Shown in pieces: positions 21,873 through 33,480 of a stretch of DNA of 64,000 nt (within the stretch, counting starts at the first letter, position 1; every line of letters starts with the position of its first letter). The DNA comes from Actinomycetota bacterium (GTDB lineage Bacteria; Actinomycetota; Thermoleophilia; RBG-16-64-13): NCBI GenBank assembly GCA_016278725.1, contig JADQBG010000011.1, forward strand, positions 6,189 through 70,188. Direction: 5' to 3'. The position numbers were made by a program, and so were the translations under genes. Below the pieces are notes generated by a model that ran no database searches, was not told where the DNA came from, and saw only the letters and a program-made list of their open reading frames with translations.

Positions 21873-23035
21873 CCGCCCACCCCCCGCCGGTGGGCCGTGA
21901 CCTCGAGGAAATGCGTGATCAGGTGCGTTTGCTGTTGCGCCTCGAGCAGGAAGGCGTCGTGGCCGAAATCGGAGCGGATCTCCAGATAGGTGCAGTCCAA
22001 CCCGTTCCCTTTGATCGCCCGCACGATCTCTTTGGACTGATAAGGGGGATAGAGCCAGTCGCTGGAGAAGGCGATCACCAGAAAGCGCGTCTCGGCCGGC
22101 AATTCGCGGAAGGCCTCGACCAGCGTCCCATGTCCATTGGCCAGATCGAAGTAGTCGAGCGCCTTGGTGATGTAGAGGTAGGTGTTGGCGTCGAAGCGCT
22201 GGGTGAAAACCTCCCCCTGGTGCTTCAGATAGCTCTCGACCTCGAAATCCATGGTGAAATCGAAGCCGTAGACCTCCTTGTCCCGCAGACGCCTTCCAAA
22301 TTTCTCGTGCATCGAGCCGTCGGACAGGTAAGTGATGTGGCCGATCATGCGCGCGATGGCCAGACCGGCATCCGGCGCCGTCCGGTCGTAATAATCGCCC
22401 CCGCACCAGTTGGGATCGCGCAGAATGGCCTGCCGGCCCACCTCATTGAAGGCGATCTGCTGAGGCGAATGCCGGTGAGTCGTGGCGATCGATATGCAGG
22501 AGTCCACCATCTCGGGATAGGCCGTGACCCACTCCAGCGCCTGCATCCCTCCCATCGAGCCGCCGGCCACTGCGAGCAGCCGGGGGATGCCCAAACGATC
22601 GACTAGCATCTTCTGCGCCCTGACCATGTCGGGAACGGTCACCACCGGAAAGCGCATACCGTAATGTTGGCCTGTCTTTGGGTCCAGGCTCGCCGGGCCG
22701 GTGGTGCCTCGGCAGCCGCCAATCACGTTGGAACAGATCAAAAAGTAGCGGTCGGTGTCGAAGGCCTTGCCGGGACCGACCATGATGTCCCACCAGCCGG
22801 GACGGTCATCGCCCTCGTGGTAGCCGGCCGCGTGGGCATCCCCCGAAAGCGCGTGAAGCAACAAGATCGCGTTCGAGCGGTCGGCGTTCAGGGAGCCGTA
22901 GGTTTCGTAGGCGATCTCGAGCGGCGCCAACTGGAGCCCCGAGTCGAGCGGCAGGACCTCGAACTCGGCGTACTGGGTTTCCACCAGCCCCACTGGGCTG
23001 GCGGCGCTGCCGCCTTCGGTCAAATAGTCACTCAT
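21869..23035 (-). CDS. metX: Homoserine O-acetyltransferase
   Basis: [14 protein letters not shown] nucleophile elbow, GHDAFL. Confidence 0.95.
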   Translation of the reverse strand: MSDYLTEGGSAASPVGLVETQYAEFEVLPLDSGLQLAPLEIAYETYGSLNADRSNAILLLHALSGDAHAAGYHEGDDRPGWWDIMVGPGKAFDTDRYFLICSNVIGGCRGTTGPASLDPKTGQHYGMRFPVVTVPDMVRAQKMLVDRLGIPRLLAVAGGSMGGMQALEWVTAYPEMVDSCISIATTHRHSPQQIAFNEVGRQAILRDPNWCGGDYYDRTAPDAGLAIARMIGHITYLSDGSMHEKFGRRLRDKEVYGFDFTMDFEVESYLKHQGEVFTQRFDANTYLYITKALDYFDLANGHGTLVEAFRELPAETRFLVIAFSSDWLYPPYQSKEIVRAIKGNGLDCTYLEIRSDFGHDAFLLEAQQQTHLITHFLEVTAHRRGVGG

Positions 23036-23090
23036 CTGTCAGTTTCTCCGGCGGGGTGTTTGTGACCGGACAGACCCCCCGCCGGTTTGG

Positions 23091-24509
<1,419 letters not shown>

Positions 24510-24554
24510 CTACCGCCTACCTAGAACATGCGCAAGGGGGAAAGTGATGGAGGT

Positions 24555-26273
24555 TCAGCCGCGGTAGCGGTTGGTGATGGGCAGCCGCCGGTCCTTGCCG
24601 AAGGCTTTGGAAGTCACGCGCGGCCCCGGGGGGGCCTGCCGGCGCTTGTACTCGTTACGGTCGATCAGCGTGACCACCTGCTCCACGTCGGCCCGGGGCA
24701 GGCCGCGCGCCACGATCTCCTCGATGCTCTCGTCCAGAACCACGTAGGCTTCCACGATTTGGTCCAGGATTTCGTAAGGCGGCAGTGAGTCCTGATCCCG
24801 CTGGTCCGCCCGCAGTTCGGCACTGGGAGGCCGGGTAATGGTCGACAGGGGAATGGGCTCCCTCCCCTCCTCCAGCTTGTTCCGGTACTCCGCCAACTGA
24901 TAGACGATGGTCTTGGGCACGTCCTTGATCACCGCGTAACCGCCGGCCATGTCCCCGTAGAGCGTGGCGTAACCGGTGGCCATCTCGCTCTTGTTCCCCG
25001 TGGTCAGCACCAGCCAGCCGAACTTGTTCGAAAGCGCCATCAACAGGTTCCCGCGGATACGGGCCTGGAGGTTCTCCTCGGCCACCCCGGTTTGGGTGCC
25101 TGAGAAGTGAGGCGAGAGCATCTTAAGATACGCCGTGAAGGCGTCCTCTATGGGGATCTCGCGAAAGTCGATTCCGTTCCGTTCGGCGAGAAGCCGAGCG
25201 TCGCTGCGGGTGCCGCCGCTCGTGAAACGGGAGGGCATGGAGACCCCGGTCACCCGCTCGGGGCCCAGGGCATCCACGGCGATCAGCGCGGTCAGCGCGG
25301 AGTCGATCCCTCCGCTAAGACCGAGAACCACGTGCCGAAAGCCGTTCTTCTGCGCGTAGTCGCGCACTCCCAGTTGGAGCGCCGCATAGAGTTCGGCCAT
25401 CCGCTCTAGGGGCGGGGGCGGATCGGCGGGGGCCGGCCCTCGGTCCGGGTCCGGAGAAGGCGGCTGCGCCAGTTCGAGTTCCACGACATCGACCGGCCAG
25501 CGCGCCGGGGCCTCCGCGCGCCCCTGCACTTCGGCGGCTTCTTCCAGGTCAACGTCCACGAACTGGACCTCTTCCGCAAAGGCCGCGAGGCGGGCCCGCA
25601 AAACCCCCCGAGGGTCGAACACCAGCGATTGACCGTCAAAGATCAGCTCGTCCTGGCCGCCCACGCCGTTCAGATAGACCACGTAGGCGCCCGAATCGCG
25701 GGCGCGCTCGGCCAGCATGTTTTCCCTCGCGGGGCCCTTGCCGAAGTGATAGGGCGACATGGAGATGTTGACGATTAGGCCGGCCCCTCCCCCAAGCGCA
25801 GCTTCCTCCGACGGCCCTCCCGCATTCCAGATGTCCTCGCAGATATTGACCGCGACCCGGCCTTCGGGCAGTTGCAGCACCAGCACCCGGTCACCGGAAG
25901 CGAAGTAGCGGTCCTCGTCGAAAACGGCGTAGTTGGGCAACCGAATCTTGCGGTAGAGAGCCTGGACGCTGCCTCCGGACAGCACCGCCGCTCCGTTGTA
26001 GGCGAGCCCGCCTTCCCACAGGGGACAGCCCACGATGGCCACGAGGTCGTCGCCGACATCCGCGGCGAGCCGCCGGACCGCCTCCTCGCAATCCCGCACG
26101 AAGTGGTCCTTTAGGAGCAGGTCTTCCGGCGGATAACCGCAGATCGCAAGCTCGGGAAACACCGCCAACCGGGCTCCCCCCTGCTCCGCCAACTCGATCC
26201 CCCGCCGAATCAGGGCACTGTTGCCGGCCAGATCACCAACCGTCGGGTTGATCTGCGCCAGCGCGATCCTCAT
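24555..26273 (-). CDS. nadE: Glutamine-dependent NAD+ synthetase
   Basis: MRIALAQINP, FPEL, LPNYAVFDE, ICEDIW (nitrilase triad), GLSGGIDS, TTGNKSE; ATG 26273 overlaps the upstream TGA. Confidence 0.95.
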   Translation of the reverse strand: MRIALAQINPTVGDLAGNSALIRRGIELAEQGGARLAVFPELAICGYPPEDLLLKDHFVRDCEEAVRRLAADVGDDLVAIVGCPLWEGGLAYNGAAVLSGGSVQALYRKIRLPNYAVFDEDRYFASGDRVLVLQLPEGRVAVNICEDIWNAGGPSEEAALGGGAGLIVNISMSPYHFGKGPARENMLAERARDSGAYVVYLNGVGGQDELIFDGQSLVFDPRGVLRARLAAFAEEVQFVDVDLEEAAEVQGRAEAPARWPVDVVELELAQPPSPDPDRGPAPADPPPPLERMAELYAALQLGVRDYAQKNGFRHVVLGLSGGIDSALTALIAVDALGPERVTGVSMPSRFTSGGTRSDARLLAERNGIDFREIPIEDAFTAYLKMLSPHFSGTQTGVAEENLQARIRGNLLMALSNKFGWLVLTTGNKSEMATGYATLYGDMAGGYAVIKDVPKTIVYQLAEYRNKLEEGREPIPLSTITRPPSAELRADQRDQDSLPPYEILDQIVEAYVVLDESIEEIVARGLPRADVEQVVTLIDRNEYKRRQAPPGPRVTSKAFGKDRRLPITNRYRG

Positions 26274-27658
26274 GCGCCCTCGCGCTCCAGGAAGGCCAGC
26301 AGCTCGCGGGTTTTCCGCTCGACCATTTCCGCGTCGCCCCGGGTCTCCAGGTTGAGCCGGATGAGAGGCTCGGTGTTCGAAGGCCGCACGTTGAAGCGCC
26401 AATCGGCGAATTCGACGCTGATTCCATCGGTCTCGTCCACCGAGAGCGCACGGGGCCCGTACTCCTCCTTCAGCCGGGCAAGAGCCTTGTCCGGGTTGGA
26501 GAGGCGGGTGTTGATCTCGCCGCTGATGGGATAGCGGCTCTGCATCTCGGAGACCAGATCCGACAAGGGCCGCCCGGTGGTGCTCAGCAAATCGGCCACC
26601 AGCAGCCAGGGGATCATGCCGCTGTCCGCGTACGAGAACTCGCGGAAGTAGTGGTGCGCCGACATCTCGCCCCCGTACGCCGCGTCCTCGGCCCGCATCC
26701 TCTCCTTGATGAAGGAATGCCCGCTCTTGCTCTGGACCGCCACGCCACCCTGCTGGTTCACGATTTCGAGAGTGTTCCACACCAGGCGGGGGTCATGCAC
26801 GATCTTGGCGCCCCGGTGGCGCCGCAACACGCCCTGGGCAAGCAGGCCCACCAGGTAGTAGCCGTCGACGAACTCGCCCCGCTCGTCCCAGAAAAAGCAA
26901 CGGTCGAAGTCGCCGTCCCAGGCCAGGCCCAGATCGGCCCCCTCTTCCCGCACGGCGCGGGCGGTGGCTTCGCGGTTCTCGGGGAGCAGTGGGTTGGGGA
27001 CGCCGTTGGGAAAGGTGCCGTCGGGTTCCCCGCGCAGAATTTCGAAATCGAGGGGCAGCCGCTCCGCGAGTACCTTGACGATCGGCCCCGCCATTCCGTC
27101 TCCGCCGTTGGCCACGATCTTCAGGCGGCTAAGGTCCTCCGGCTTGACGTAGCCCAAGAGGTGCTCGATATAGAGATCTTGAATGTCGCGCTGCTCCACC
27201 GAACCGGAACCGCCGATAACGACCTCGTCCAGCGCCTTGCTGTCCCCGGCCAAAGCGTCCGCCACCAGCCCTTCGATCTCGGCCAGGCCGGTCTCGCTGC
27301 TGATGGGAATCGCCTTCTCCCGCACCAACTTCATGCCGTTGTATTCGGCGGGGTTGTGACTGGCCGTCACCATGATGCCGCCGTCCAGTTCGAGCGCGAA
27401 GACCGCGAAGTACACCTGCTCGGTCCCGACCAAACCGATATCCACCACGTCCACCCCGGCCGCGGTCAGTCCCTTGGTGAGCGCCTCGACGAGTCCCTGT
27501 CCGGTTGGGCGCATGTCTCTCCCGACCGCGACCTTCTTCGGCTTGAACAGGAGCGCGAAGGCCCGTCCGATGTATTCGGCCATCTTCTCGTCGAGTTCTT
27601 CGGGAACCTTCCCCCGAATGTCATAAGCCTTGAAGCCGGTTAGCTTCTCTCTGGCCAC
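26270..27658 (-). CDS. manB: Phosphomannomutase/phosphoglucomutase
   Basis: FKAYDIRG, TASHNP, DGDFDR, GGEMSAHHYF. Confidence 0.92.
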   Translation of the reverse strand: MAREKLTGFKAYDIRGKVPEELDEKMAEYIGRAFALLFKPKKVAVGRDMRPTGQGLVEALTKGLTAAGVDVVDIGLVGTEQVYFAVFALELDGGIMVTASHNPAEYNGMKLVREKAIPISSETGLAEIEGLVADALAGDSKALDEVVIGGSGSVEQRDIQDLYIEHLLGYVKPEDLSRLKIVANGGDGMAGPIVKVLAERLPLDFEILRGEPDGTFPNGVPNPLLPENREATARAVREEGADLGLAWDGDFDRCFFWDERGEFVDGYYLVGLLAQGVLRRHRGAKIVHDPRLVWNTLEIVNQQGGVAVQSKSGHSFIKERMRAEDAAYGGEMSAHHYFREFSYADSGMIPWLLVADLLSTTGRPLSDLVSEMQSRYPISGEINTRLSNPDKALARLKEEYGPRALSVDETDGISVEFADWRFNVRPSNTEPLIRLNLETRGDAEMVERKTRELLAFLEREGA

Positions 27659-27664
27659 GGAGCT

Positions 27665-28786
27665 TCACCCCTTCCCGGACGACTCCCCCAAATCCTGGGT
27701 GAGGCGCTTTATCTCTTCCGCCCGGCTGCGATCGGCAATCAGGGTCCGATTTCCCGAGCGCACGACGATTAGGCCCTCGACACCGAGCAGAGCGATCAAC
27801 TCCTCCGCATCCTCGGCGAAAACCACATTACCCCGAGCCTCGAGCGCTCGAAGACGCCCTCGGTAGCGGTTACCCTCCCCATCATCCGGCAAAAACTCGG
27901 CCAGGGAAGGCCAGCCGCCGATATCGTCCCATTCGAACGAGGCCTCGATCATGCGGATCTCCTCGGCGCCCTCCATGATCCCGAAATCGATGGAGACCGA
28001 GGGCAGTTCGGCAAAGCCGTCCGATAGAGCCTGCGGGTCGAGTTCGCCTCCGGACCGGATGGCAGGGCGTAGCGCTTCGAGGTGCCCGGGAAGCTGCCGA
28101 ACGTACTCGGCCAGGATCGTGGCGACGCTCCAGACGAACATCCCGCTGTTCCAGTAGAAGCGCCCCGAATCCAGGTAGCGGCGGGCGGTGGGCTCGTCGG
28201 GTTTCTCGCGAAACTGCTTCAGCTGATAGTGCTTCGTGCCCCCGGATTCCTCCACCGGGTTGCCCCGCTCGAGGTAGCCGTATCCCGTGGCCGCATAGGT
28301 TGGAGAGACACCCAGGGTGTAGAGAGCTTTGCTTTGCCCGGCTCCCTCGACGGCCGCCTCGACGTCCTTGACAAACGCAGCGGTGGGTTCGATCCGGTGG
28401 TCCGCGGTCAGCACGACCATGACCGGATTCTGCGAAGCCCGCTTCTCCCCAACCCCAGCCGCCGTCCGCGCCTCCGCCAGCAGGGCGGCCAGCGCGACGG
28501 GGGCGGCGGTATCCCGGCGCATGGGCTCCCCGATGATGTTCCCCGGGGGCAGCTCCGGGAGTTCCCTGGCGACCTCTTCCCGGAAACGAGCCGCCGTCAA
28601 TACCAGCACGTTCTCAGGCTCCGTGAGCGCCCGGGCGCGGGCGTAGCTCTGCTGGAGCAGAGTGCCCTCGCCGACCAGGCTGAGGAACTGCTTGGGCTTC
28701 TCTTCGGTGCTCAGCGGCCAGAACCGCGTCCCGGCGCCACCGGCCATGATCAGAACGAAGACGTCCCCGGAGCGCGAAGCGCTCAT
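27665..28786 (-). CDS. manC: Mannose-1-phosphate guanylyltransferase
   Basis: MAGGAGTRFWPLS, PKQFL, FREKP, WNSGMF, WDDIGGW. Confidence 0.92.
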   Translation of the reverse strand: MSASRSGDVFVLIMAGGAGTRFWPLSTEEKPKQFLSLVGEGTLLQQSYARARALTEPENVLVLTAARFREEVARELPELPPGNIIGEPMRRDTAAPVALAALLAEARTAAGVGEKRASQNPVMVVLTADHRIEPTAAFVKDVEAAVEGAGQSKALYTLGVSPTYAATGYGYLERGNPVEESGGTKHYQLKQFREKPDEPTARRYLDSGRFYWNSGMFVWSVATILAEYVRQLPGHLEALRPAIRSGGELDPQALSDGFAELPSVSIDFGIMEGAEEIRMIEASFEWDDIGGWPSLAEFLPDDGEGNRYRGRLRALEARGNVVFAEDAEELIALLGVEGLIVVRSGNRTLIADRSRAEEIKRLTQDLGESSGKG

Positions 28787-29142
28787 CCTGCCCGGCCGAA
28801 GTCGTCTTCCAGCCGCTCGATATCGTCCTCGCCGAAGTAGTCCCCCCGCTGGACTTCGATGAAGACCAGGGGTGCGTCACCGGGATTGGCCATGCGATGC
28901 GCCGAACCACGTGGGATATCGAAAGACTCCCCTTCTTGCAGTTCGAAGTCGTCGCCATCTCTGGTCACGACGCCCCGGCCCGCGACCACCACCCAGTGCT
29001 CAGCCCGCCTTCGATGGCGCTGGAGGCTGAGCCGCTTGCCCGGGGACACCACGATCCGCTTGACCTTGTGGTCCGCCTCGTCCGAGAGCACCTCATAACG
29101 GCCCCAGGGGCGCTCCGACCCCTCGCCCAAATTGTCCGACAA
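28783..29142 (-). CDS. Stand-alone type II phosphomannose isomerase cupin domain
   Basis: ERPWGRY, LSLQRHRRRAEHWVVV, EVQRGDYFGEDDIERLED; probable TTG start 29142 after GGAGG. Confidence 0.88.
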   Translation of the reverse strand: MSDNLGEGSERPWGRYEVLSDEADHKVKRIVVSPGKRLSLQRHRRRAEHWVVVAGRGVVTRDGDDFELQEGESFDIPRGSAHRMANPGDAPLVFIEVQRGDYFGEDDIERLEDDFGRAG

Positions 29143-29228
29143 CTCGAGTGCCTCCTCCAAGCGCGGCCTCGCCCGCAACGGAAGGCGCTTCGCCTCCCTG
29201 TGGATCATCCTAGCAAAGGGATGGTTGA

Positions 29229-29271
29229 GACCGTTTGAGCTCGACGCGGTCCGGGACCGTTTGAGCTCGAC
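29229..29271. repeat. 17-bp perfect direct repeat in a divergent intergenic region
   Basis: GACCGTTTGAGCTCGAC at 29229-29245 and 29255-29271. Confidence 0.85.
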
Positions 29272-29282
29272 TCTCCCCGGCG

Positions 29283-30548
29283 ATGTTTCAAAAGATGAAG
29301 CCGCTCGCTCGATATGCCGCCGGGCCCACTCGGCTGCTGCGCCTGGGAATCGGCCTGGTGATGCTCCTGCTCGCCCTGGGGTTGGCCGGATGCCAGGAGC
29401 AGGAGAGCCCCACCACGGTCAGCTCCGAAACTGCGGCCACCTCCGAAACCGCGGCCACCTCCGAAGGTGCGGCACCGGAACCCACGCCCGGCGGCTCCGA
29501 GGATACAGCCGCCCGGGAAGCCGCGGCCGAGGACGACCTCATGGTGGAGACGGTGACCACCGGCTTGAACGTCCCCTGGGAGATGCGCTTCTTGCCCTCC
29601 GGGGACCTGCTCGTCACCGAGCGCACGGGGCGCTTCCTGAGAATCACTCTTCCCGAAGGAAAACCGGTGCCGGTGGGCCAGATCGAGGTTGTCGCCGTGG
29701 GAGAATCGGGCCTGCTGGGCTTTGACCTCGACCCGCAGTTCCCGGAAAGCCCGTATATCTACGTGGTTTACACCTACTCTCATCGCGGTTCGCCGGCCAA
29801 CCGGCTGAGCCGCTTCACCCTGGATGGGGACAGTCTGGGTGAAGAGAAGGTCCTCTTGGACGGGATTCCCGCAGGCCGGATCCATGACGGCAGCCGGGTG
29901 GCCTTCGGCCCCGACGGATACCTGTGGATGACCATGGGCGAGACCGGAAGGTCCACCCTGGCTCAGGATCGAGACTCCCTGGCCGGGAAGGTGCTGCGGG
30001 TTGACACAGAAGGCCGTCCCGCCCCGGACAACCCGTTTGGCACGAGCGTCTTCACCTGGGGCCACCGCAACCCCCAGGGACTCGCTTTTCATCCTCAGAC
30101 CGGCCAGGCCTTCGTCACCGAACACGGACCCAGCGAGAACGACGAGATCAACGCCCTCGTCGCCGGCGAGAACTACGGCTGGCCCGTGGTCACCAGAGTC
30201 GACGGGGCTGGGGAATTCCACGGTCCGATCTACACCTGGACACCCACCATCGCCCCCGCGGACGCTTCCTTCTATACGGCCGGCCTGATTCCCGGCTGGC
30301 AGGGATCCTTTCTGTTCGTAACCCTCAAAGAGCAGGACCTGAGGCGCCTGGAGCCGACGGACGAGCAGTTCACCGGAGTGAGTGAGGAGCAGATCCTCTT
30401 CGATGGGGCCTTTGGCCGGCTCCGCGCCCTCGCCATCGACGACCAGGGGACCATCTACTTGGGAACCAGCAACCGCGACGGCCGCGGCAACCCCACCGCA
30501 GAAGACGACCGCATTCTTCGCGTGCGACCGAAGCAGGCTGCCAAGTAG
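29283..30548 (+). CDS. PQQ-dependent glucose/sorbosone dehydrogenase-family lipoprotein
   Basis: LAGC lipobox, SETAAT repeat linker, GESGLLG, HDGSRVAFGPDG, WGHRNPQG, NYGWP; exact start uncertain. Confidence 0.88.
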   Translation: MFQKMKPLARYAAGPTRLLRLGIGLVMLLLALGLAGCQEQESPTTVSSETAATSETAATSEGAAPEPTPGGSEDTAAREAAAEDDLMVETVTTGLNVPWEMRFLPSGDLLVTERTGRFLRITLPEGKPVPVGQIEVVAVGESGLLGFDLDPQFPESPYIYVVYTYSHRGSPANRLSRFTLDGDSLGEEKVLLDGIPAGRIHDGSRVAFGPDGYLWMTMGETGRSTLAQDRDSLAGKVLRVDTEGRPAPDNPFGTSVFTWGHRNPQGLAFHPQTGQAFVTEHGPSENDEINALVAGENYGWPVVTRVDGAGEFHGPIYTWTPTIAPADASFYTAGLIPGWQGSFLFVTLKEQDLRRLEPTDEQFTGVSEEQILFDGAFGRLRALAIDDQGTIYLGTSNRDGRGNPTAEDDRILRVRPKQAAK

Positions 30549-30616
30549 ATCGGCAGGCGGTTAGGTAAGGGGCAGACGGCTGGCCGTCGCCGGAGCCCGA
30601 ACGCAATCCAATCAGG

Positions 30617-30688
30617 CTCCTCGGGCAGGACTCGAACCTGCAACACCCTGGTTAACAGCCAGGTGCTCTACCATTGAGCTACCGAGGA
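30617..30688 (-). tRNA. tRNA-Asn(GTT)
   Basis: TCCTCGGTAGCTCAATGGTAGAGCACCTGGCTGTTAACCAGGGTGTTGCAGGTTCGAGTCCTGCCCGAGGAG. Confidence 0.95.
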
Positions 30689-30760
30689 ACGTCAGATCGG
30701 CGGGTAGTATAGCCGAAGCGCTTCGGCTTGCAAAGCGGCCCGCCGCCGCCTCGAGACGCG

Positions 30761-31039
30761 CTACGCAGCCGATTCACCCGGCACCATTCGCTCGACCTCG
30801 GCCCCGCACTCGGGGCAGTGGAGTACCGCTGCGTGGGCCCGCGCGGGCTGCTCTATCAAGGGGGCTCCGCAGGCCAAACAGGGGGATCCGCCCCCGAGGC
30901 CACGCAGGAACGCTGCGAGAGAGGGCGCCTGCAAATGCCCGCGCGAGCTATCCGAAACCAGCCTCAGCTGCCGCTTCTTCTTGCCTCCGCCCAGATCACA
31001 CTCGGCGGAAAGAACCAATGCCTGTTCGATCACCATCAC
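30761..31039 (-). CDS. Small zinc-ribbon hypothetical protein coupled to lexA
   Basis: CLACG...HCPECG; start overlaps the lexA stop (ATGA). Confidence 0.6.
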   Translation of the reverse strand: MMVIEQALVLSAECDLGGGKKKRQLRLVSDSSRGHLQAPSLAAFLRGLGGGSPCLACGAPLIEQPARAHAAVLHCPECGAEVERMVPGESAA

Positions 31040-31656
31040 AGCCTCCTCATGACACCCACCACGCGTCCCACCACGGTCGCGTCCCGAACCAGAATCGGTT
31101 CGAGTGCGGGATTTTCGGGTTGCAGGCGAATATGTCCGTCCTCTTTGAAAAAACGCTTGAGGGTAGCCTCTTCTTCGCCGAGCAGGGCCACCACGATGTC
31201 GCCGTTGTCCGCGCCGTCCTGCCGCCGAACGATCACCACGTCGCCGTCCATGATGCCGGCGCCGATCATGGAGGTGCCCCGCACGCGAAGGGCGAAGCAG
31301 TCCTCGTCATTCGACATGAACTCGGGAGTGGACACATACTCCTCGATGTTTTCCTCCGCGAGCAGCGGTTCCCCCGCGGCCACGCGGCCGACCAGGGGCA
31401 CCAGGCGCCCCGCCTTTTCTTGGGAGGAGCGCGAAGCATCGGTGCCCGTCTCCACCAGTTCGAGCGCCCGCCTCTTGGCCACTCCCCGGCGAAGGTAGCC
31501 CTTCTGTTCCAAGGTGGCCAGTTGGTTGTGCACCGACGCCGGAGAGGCCAGACCGACGGCCTCGCCAATCTCGCGCACGGTGGGCGGATATCCGTGCCGG
31601 CCGACGTACCGGCGGATGAAGTTGACTATCGTCCTCTGCCTATCGGTCAAATCCAT
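31036..31656 (-). CDS. lexA: SOS repressor LexA
   Basis: LTDRQ, YPPTVREIG, VAAG cleavage site, GTSM and ATLKRF catalytic residues; ATG 31656 after AAGGAG. Confidence 0.96.
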   Translation of the reverse strand: MDLTDRQRTIVNFIRRYVGRHGYPPTVREIGEAVGLASPASVHNQLATLEQKGYLRRGVAKRRALELVETGTDASRSSQEKAGRLVPLVGRVAAGEPLLAEENIEEYVSTPEFMSNDEDCFALRVRGTSMIGAGIMDGDVVIVRRQDGADNGDIVVALLGEEEATLKRFFKEDGHIRLQPENPALEPILVRDATVVGRVVGVMRRL

Positions 31657-31689
31657 ACTCGGCTCCTTCACTATCCGCTACCCCAATAC

Positions 31690-31727
31690 CGAACTTATGT
31701 TCGTAAGCAGTATAGAACAAACGTTTG
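31690..31727. promoter_or_regulatory. Two LexA (SOS) boxes flanking the lexA -10 element
   Basis: CGAACTTATGTTCG (31690-31703) and AGAACAAACGTTTG (31714-31727); TATACT on the minus strand at 31709-31714. Confidence 0.88.
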
Positions 31728-31838
31728 GATGCGGCCATCGGATTAGAGTAGCAACGAGACCGGACAGAACCAGAAATCCCCGCACAAGCAGGCGCTTATC
31801 CGGGCGGGCCTACAGGGGATTCGAGCCCTCGGGGGAAG

Positions 31839-31867
31839 TTGCAGGGGTACGGGGCATCCTCTATACT
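31839..31867 (+). promoter_or_regulatory. Promoter of tRNA-Leu
   Basis: TTGCAG-N17-TATACT. Confidence 0.7.
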
Positions 31868-31886
31868 CTGCGGGCACAATCAGCAG

Positions 31887-31973
31887 GTCCGAGTGGCGGA
31901 ACTGGCAGACGCGCTAGGTTGAGGGCCTAGTGAGCCTTATAAGCTCGTGGGGGTTCAAATCCCCCCTCGGACA
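31887..31973 (+). tRNA. tRNA-Leu(GAG)
   Basis: GTCCGAG/CTCGGAC acceptor stem, CTAGG-TTGAGGG-CCTAG anticodon arm, long variable arm, GTTCAAATC T-loop. Confidence 0.95.
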
Positions 31974-32034
31974 TCCCTCTGGCGGGCCGGATGCGGCCCG
32001 TTTCTCGTTGGCGGGCAGGTTCCGTTAGCGGTGA

Positions 32035-33480
32035 CTATTGGGGCGCGTTGGCCCGCCCAAGGATGGCGCTCGCGACTCGATCCGCGCTCGCAATGCAGTC
32101 AGGGATGCCGATGCCCCAATACGAACCGCCGGCGAGATGCACGCCGGGCAACACCTTCATCCTGCGCTCGATCGATTCCACCCGCTGCCGATGGCCCACG
32201 TTGTACTGGGGCATGGCCTGTTCCCAGCGGTAAAGCCGCCGCACCACCGGGTTGCGGGCTCCGAGGAGGCCGGTCACCTCCCGCTCTACGGTGGCCAGCA
32301 GGGTCTCGTCATCTTCGCGCAGCAGTTCCGGGGCCTTGGTCCCCCCCACGAAGGCACGTACGAGCAGGTGGCCTTCCGGCGCGCGTCCCGGGAATTTCGA
32401 AGAGCTCCAGGTGATGCCCATTATTTGCCTGCCCTCCGAACGGGGAATGACCAGGCCAAACCCGTCGAGGGGGTGGGCCACGTCGGCCCGGGCAAAGCCC
32501 AGGCTGACCGTCGCCGCGTCCACGAACTCGATTTGGCCCAGCTCGGTGGCGGCTGCCGGAGCGAGCTCCCGCAGAAGACCGGCGGCGGCGAAGGCCGGAA
32601 CCGCCAGCACCACCTCGTCGAAAGCTTCCTGCAGGGTACCGCCCCCGCTCTCGCCCGAGCTGTGGCCGAGGTTGTAGGGCGGGCCGCCCCCGGCGCCGTG
32701 TTCCAGGCCCTGGACCACCGCGGCGCGGCGGACCGTCCCCGGAGGCATCCCTTCTTCCAGGGCGACGATGAACCGATCCAGGCCCGGTTGCAGGGTGACG
32801 AAGGCGCTTCGAGCGGCGGCCGGCTTCGACCTCGTCTTGCGCCGCGCCCTCAGCATGGCCAGCACCAGCGAGCGGTGTTCGTCCTCCATGGTCTTGAAGC
32901 GGGGAAAGGTGCTCATCAGGCTGAGGCGGTCGGGGTTCCCTGCGTGCACTCCCGCGACCAGCGGCTCGGCAATGCGCTCCAGGGCTTCTTCGCCCAAGCG
33001 CCGGCGCACGAAATCCCCCAGGGTCTCGTCGGCGCTGCCTCCTCGCGGCAGGACGAGGTCGAGACCCATGCGGAGCTTTCCCGGCCAGGAGAGCAGGTGG
33101 GTTCGGGCGAGGGGCATGAACTTGGTGGGGACCATCAGCATGACCCCATCGGGCAGGGCGTGGGGAACGCCTCCTTTGAGCACGTAGGTCTTTCCCCCGC
33201 CCATGGTCTTGGTTCCGGTGACGGCCTGCTCCAGATCCAGCTCCGAAGCGAGACGCAAGCCCCAGGGCTTTTGGGAGACAAAGCAGTCCGGGCCCCCCTC
33301 GATCAAAAAGCCTGCCTCCCGGCTGGTGGCGATATGGCCTCCCAGCCGCCGTTCCCGCTCGAAGAGGCGCACGTCGAGTTCGACGCCTTCCTGGCGGGAT
33401 CTCTCCAGCAAGAAGCGGGCGGTGGCGAGACCGGCGATGCCGCCGCCAACCACGGCAATCTTGCGGGGTGAGCCGGTCAC
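32035..33480 (-). CDS. hemG: HemY-type proto/coproporphyrinogen oxidase, copy 2
   Basis: VVGGGIAGL, EGGPDCFVSQKP, EPLVAGVHAG, MPQYNVGH, GIGIPDCI; GTG 33480 overlaps the upstream TGA. Confidence 0.9.
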   Translation of the reverse strand: MTGSPRKIAVVGGGIAGLATARFLLERSRQEGVELDVRLFERERRLGGHIATSREAGFLIEGGPDCFVSQKPWGLRLASELDLEQAVTGTKTMGGGKTYVLKGGVPHALPDGVMLMVPTKFMPLARTHLLSWPGKLRMGLDLVLPRGGSADETLGDFVRRRLGEEALERIAEPLVAGVHAGNPDRLSLMSTFPRFKTMEDEHRSLVLAMLRARRKTRSKPAAARSAFVTLQPGLDRFIVALEEGMPPGTVRRAAVVQGLEHGAGGGPPYNLGHSSGESGGGTLQEAFDEVVLAVPAFAAAGLLRELAPAAATELGQIEFVDAATVSLGFARADVAHPLDGFGLVIPRSEGRQIMGITWSSSKFPGRAPEGHLLVRAFVGGTKAPELLREDDETLLATVEREVTGLLGARNPVVRRLYRWEQAMPQYNVGHRQRVESIERRMKVLPGVHLAGGSYWGIGIPDCIASADRVASAILGRANAPQ

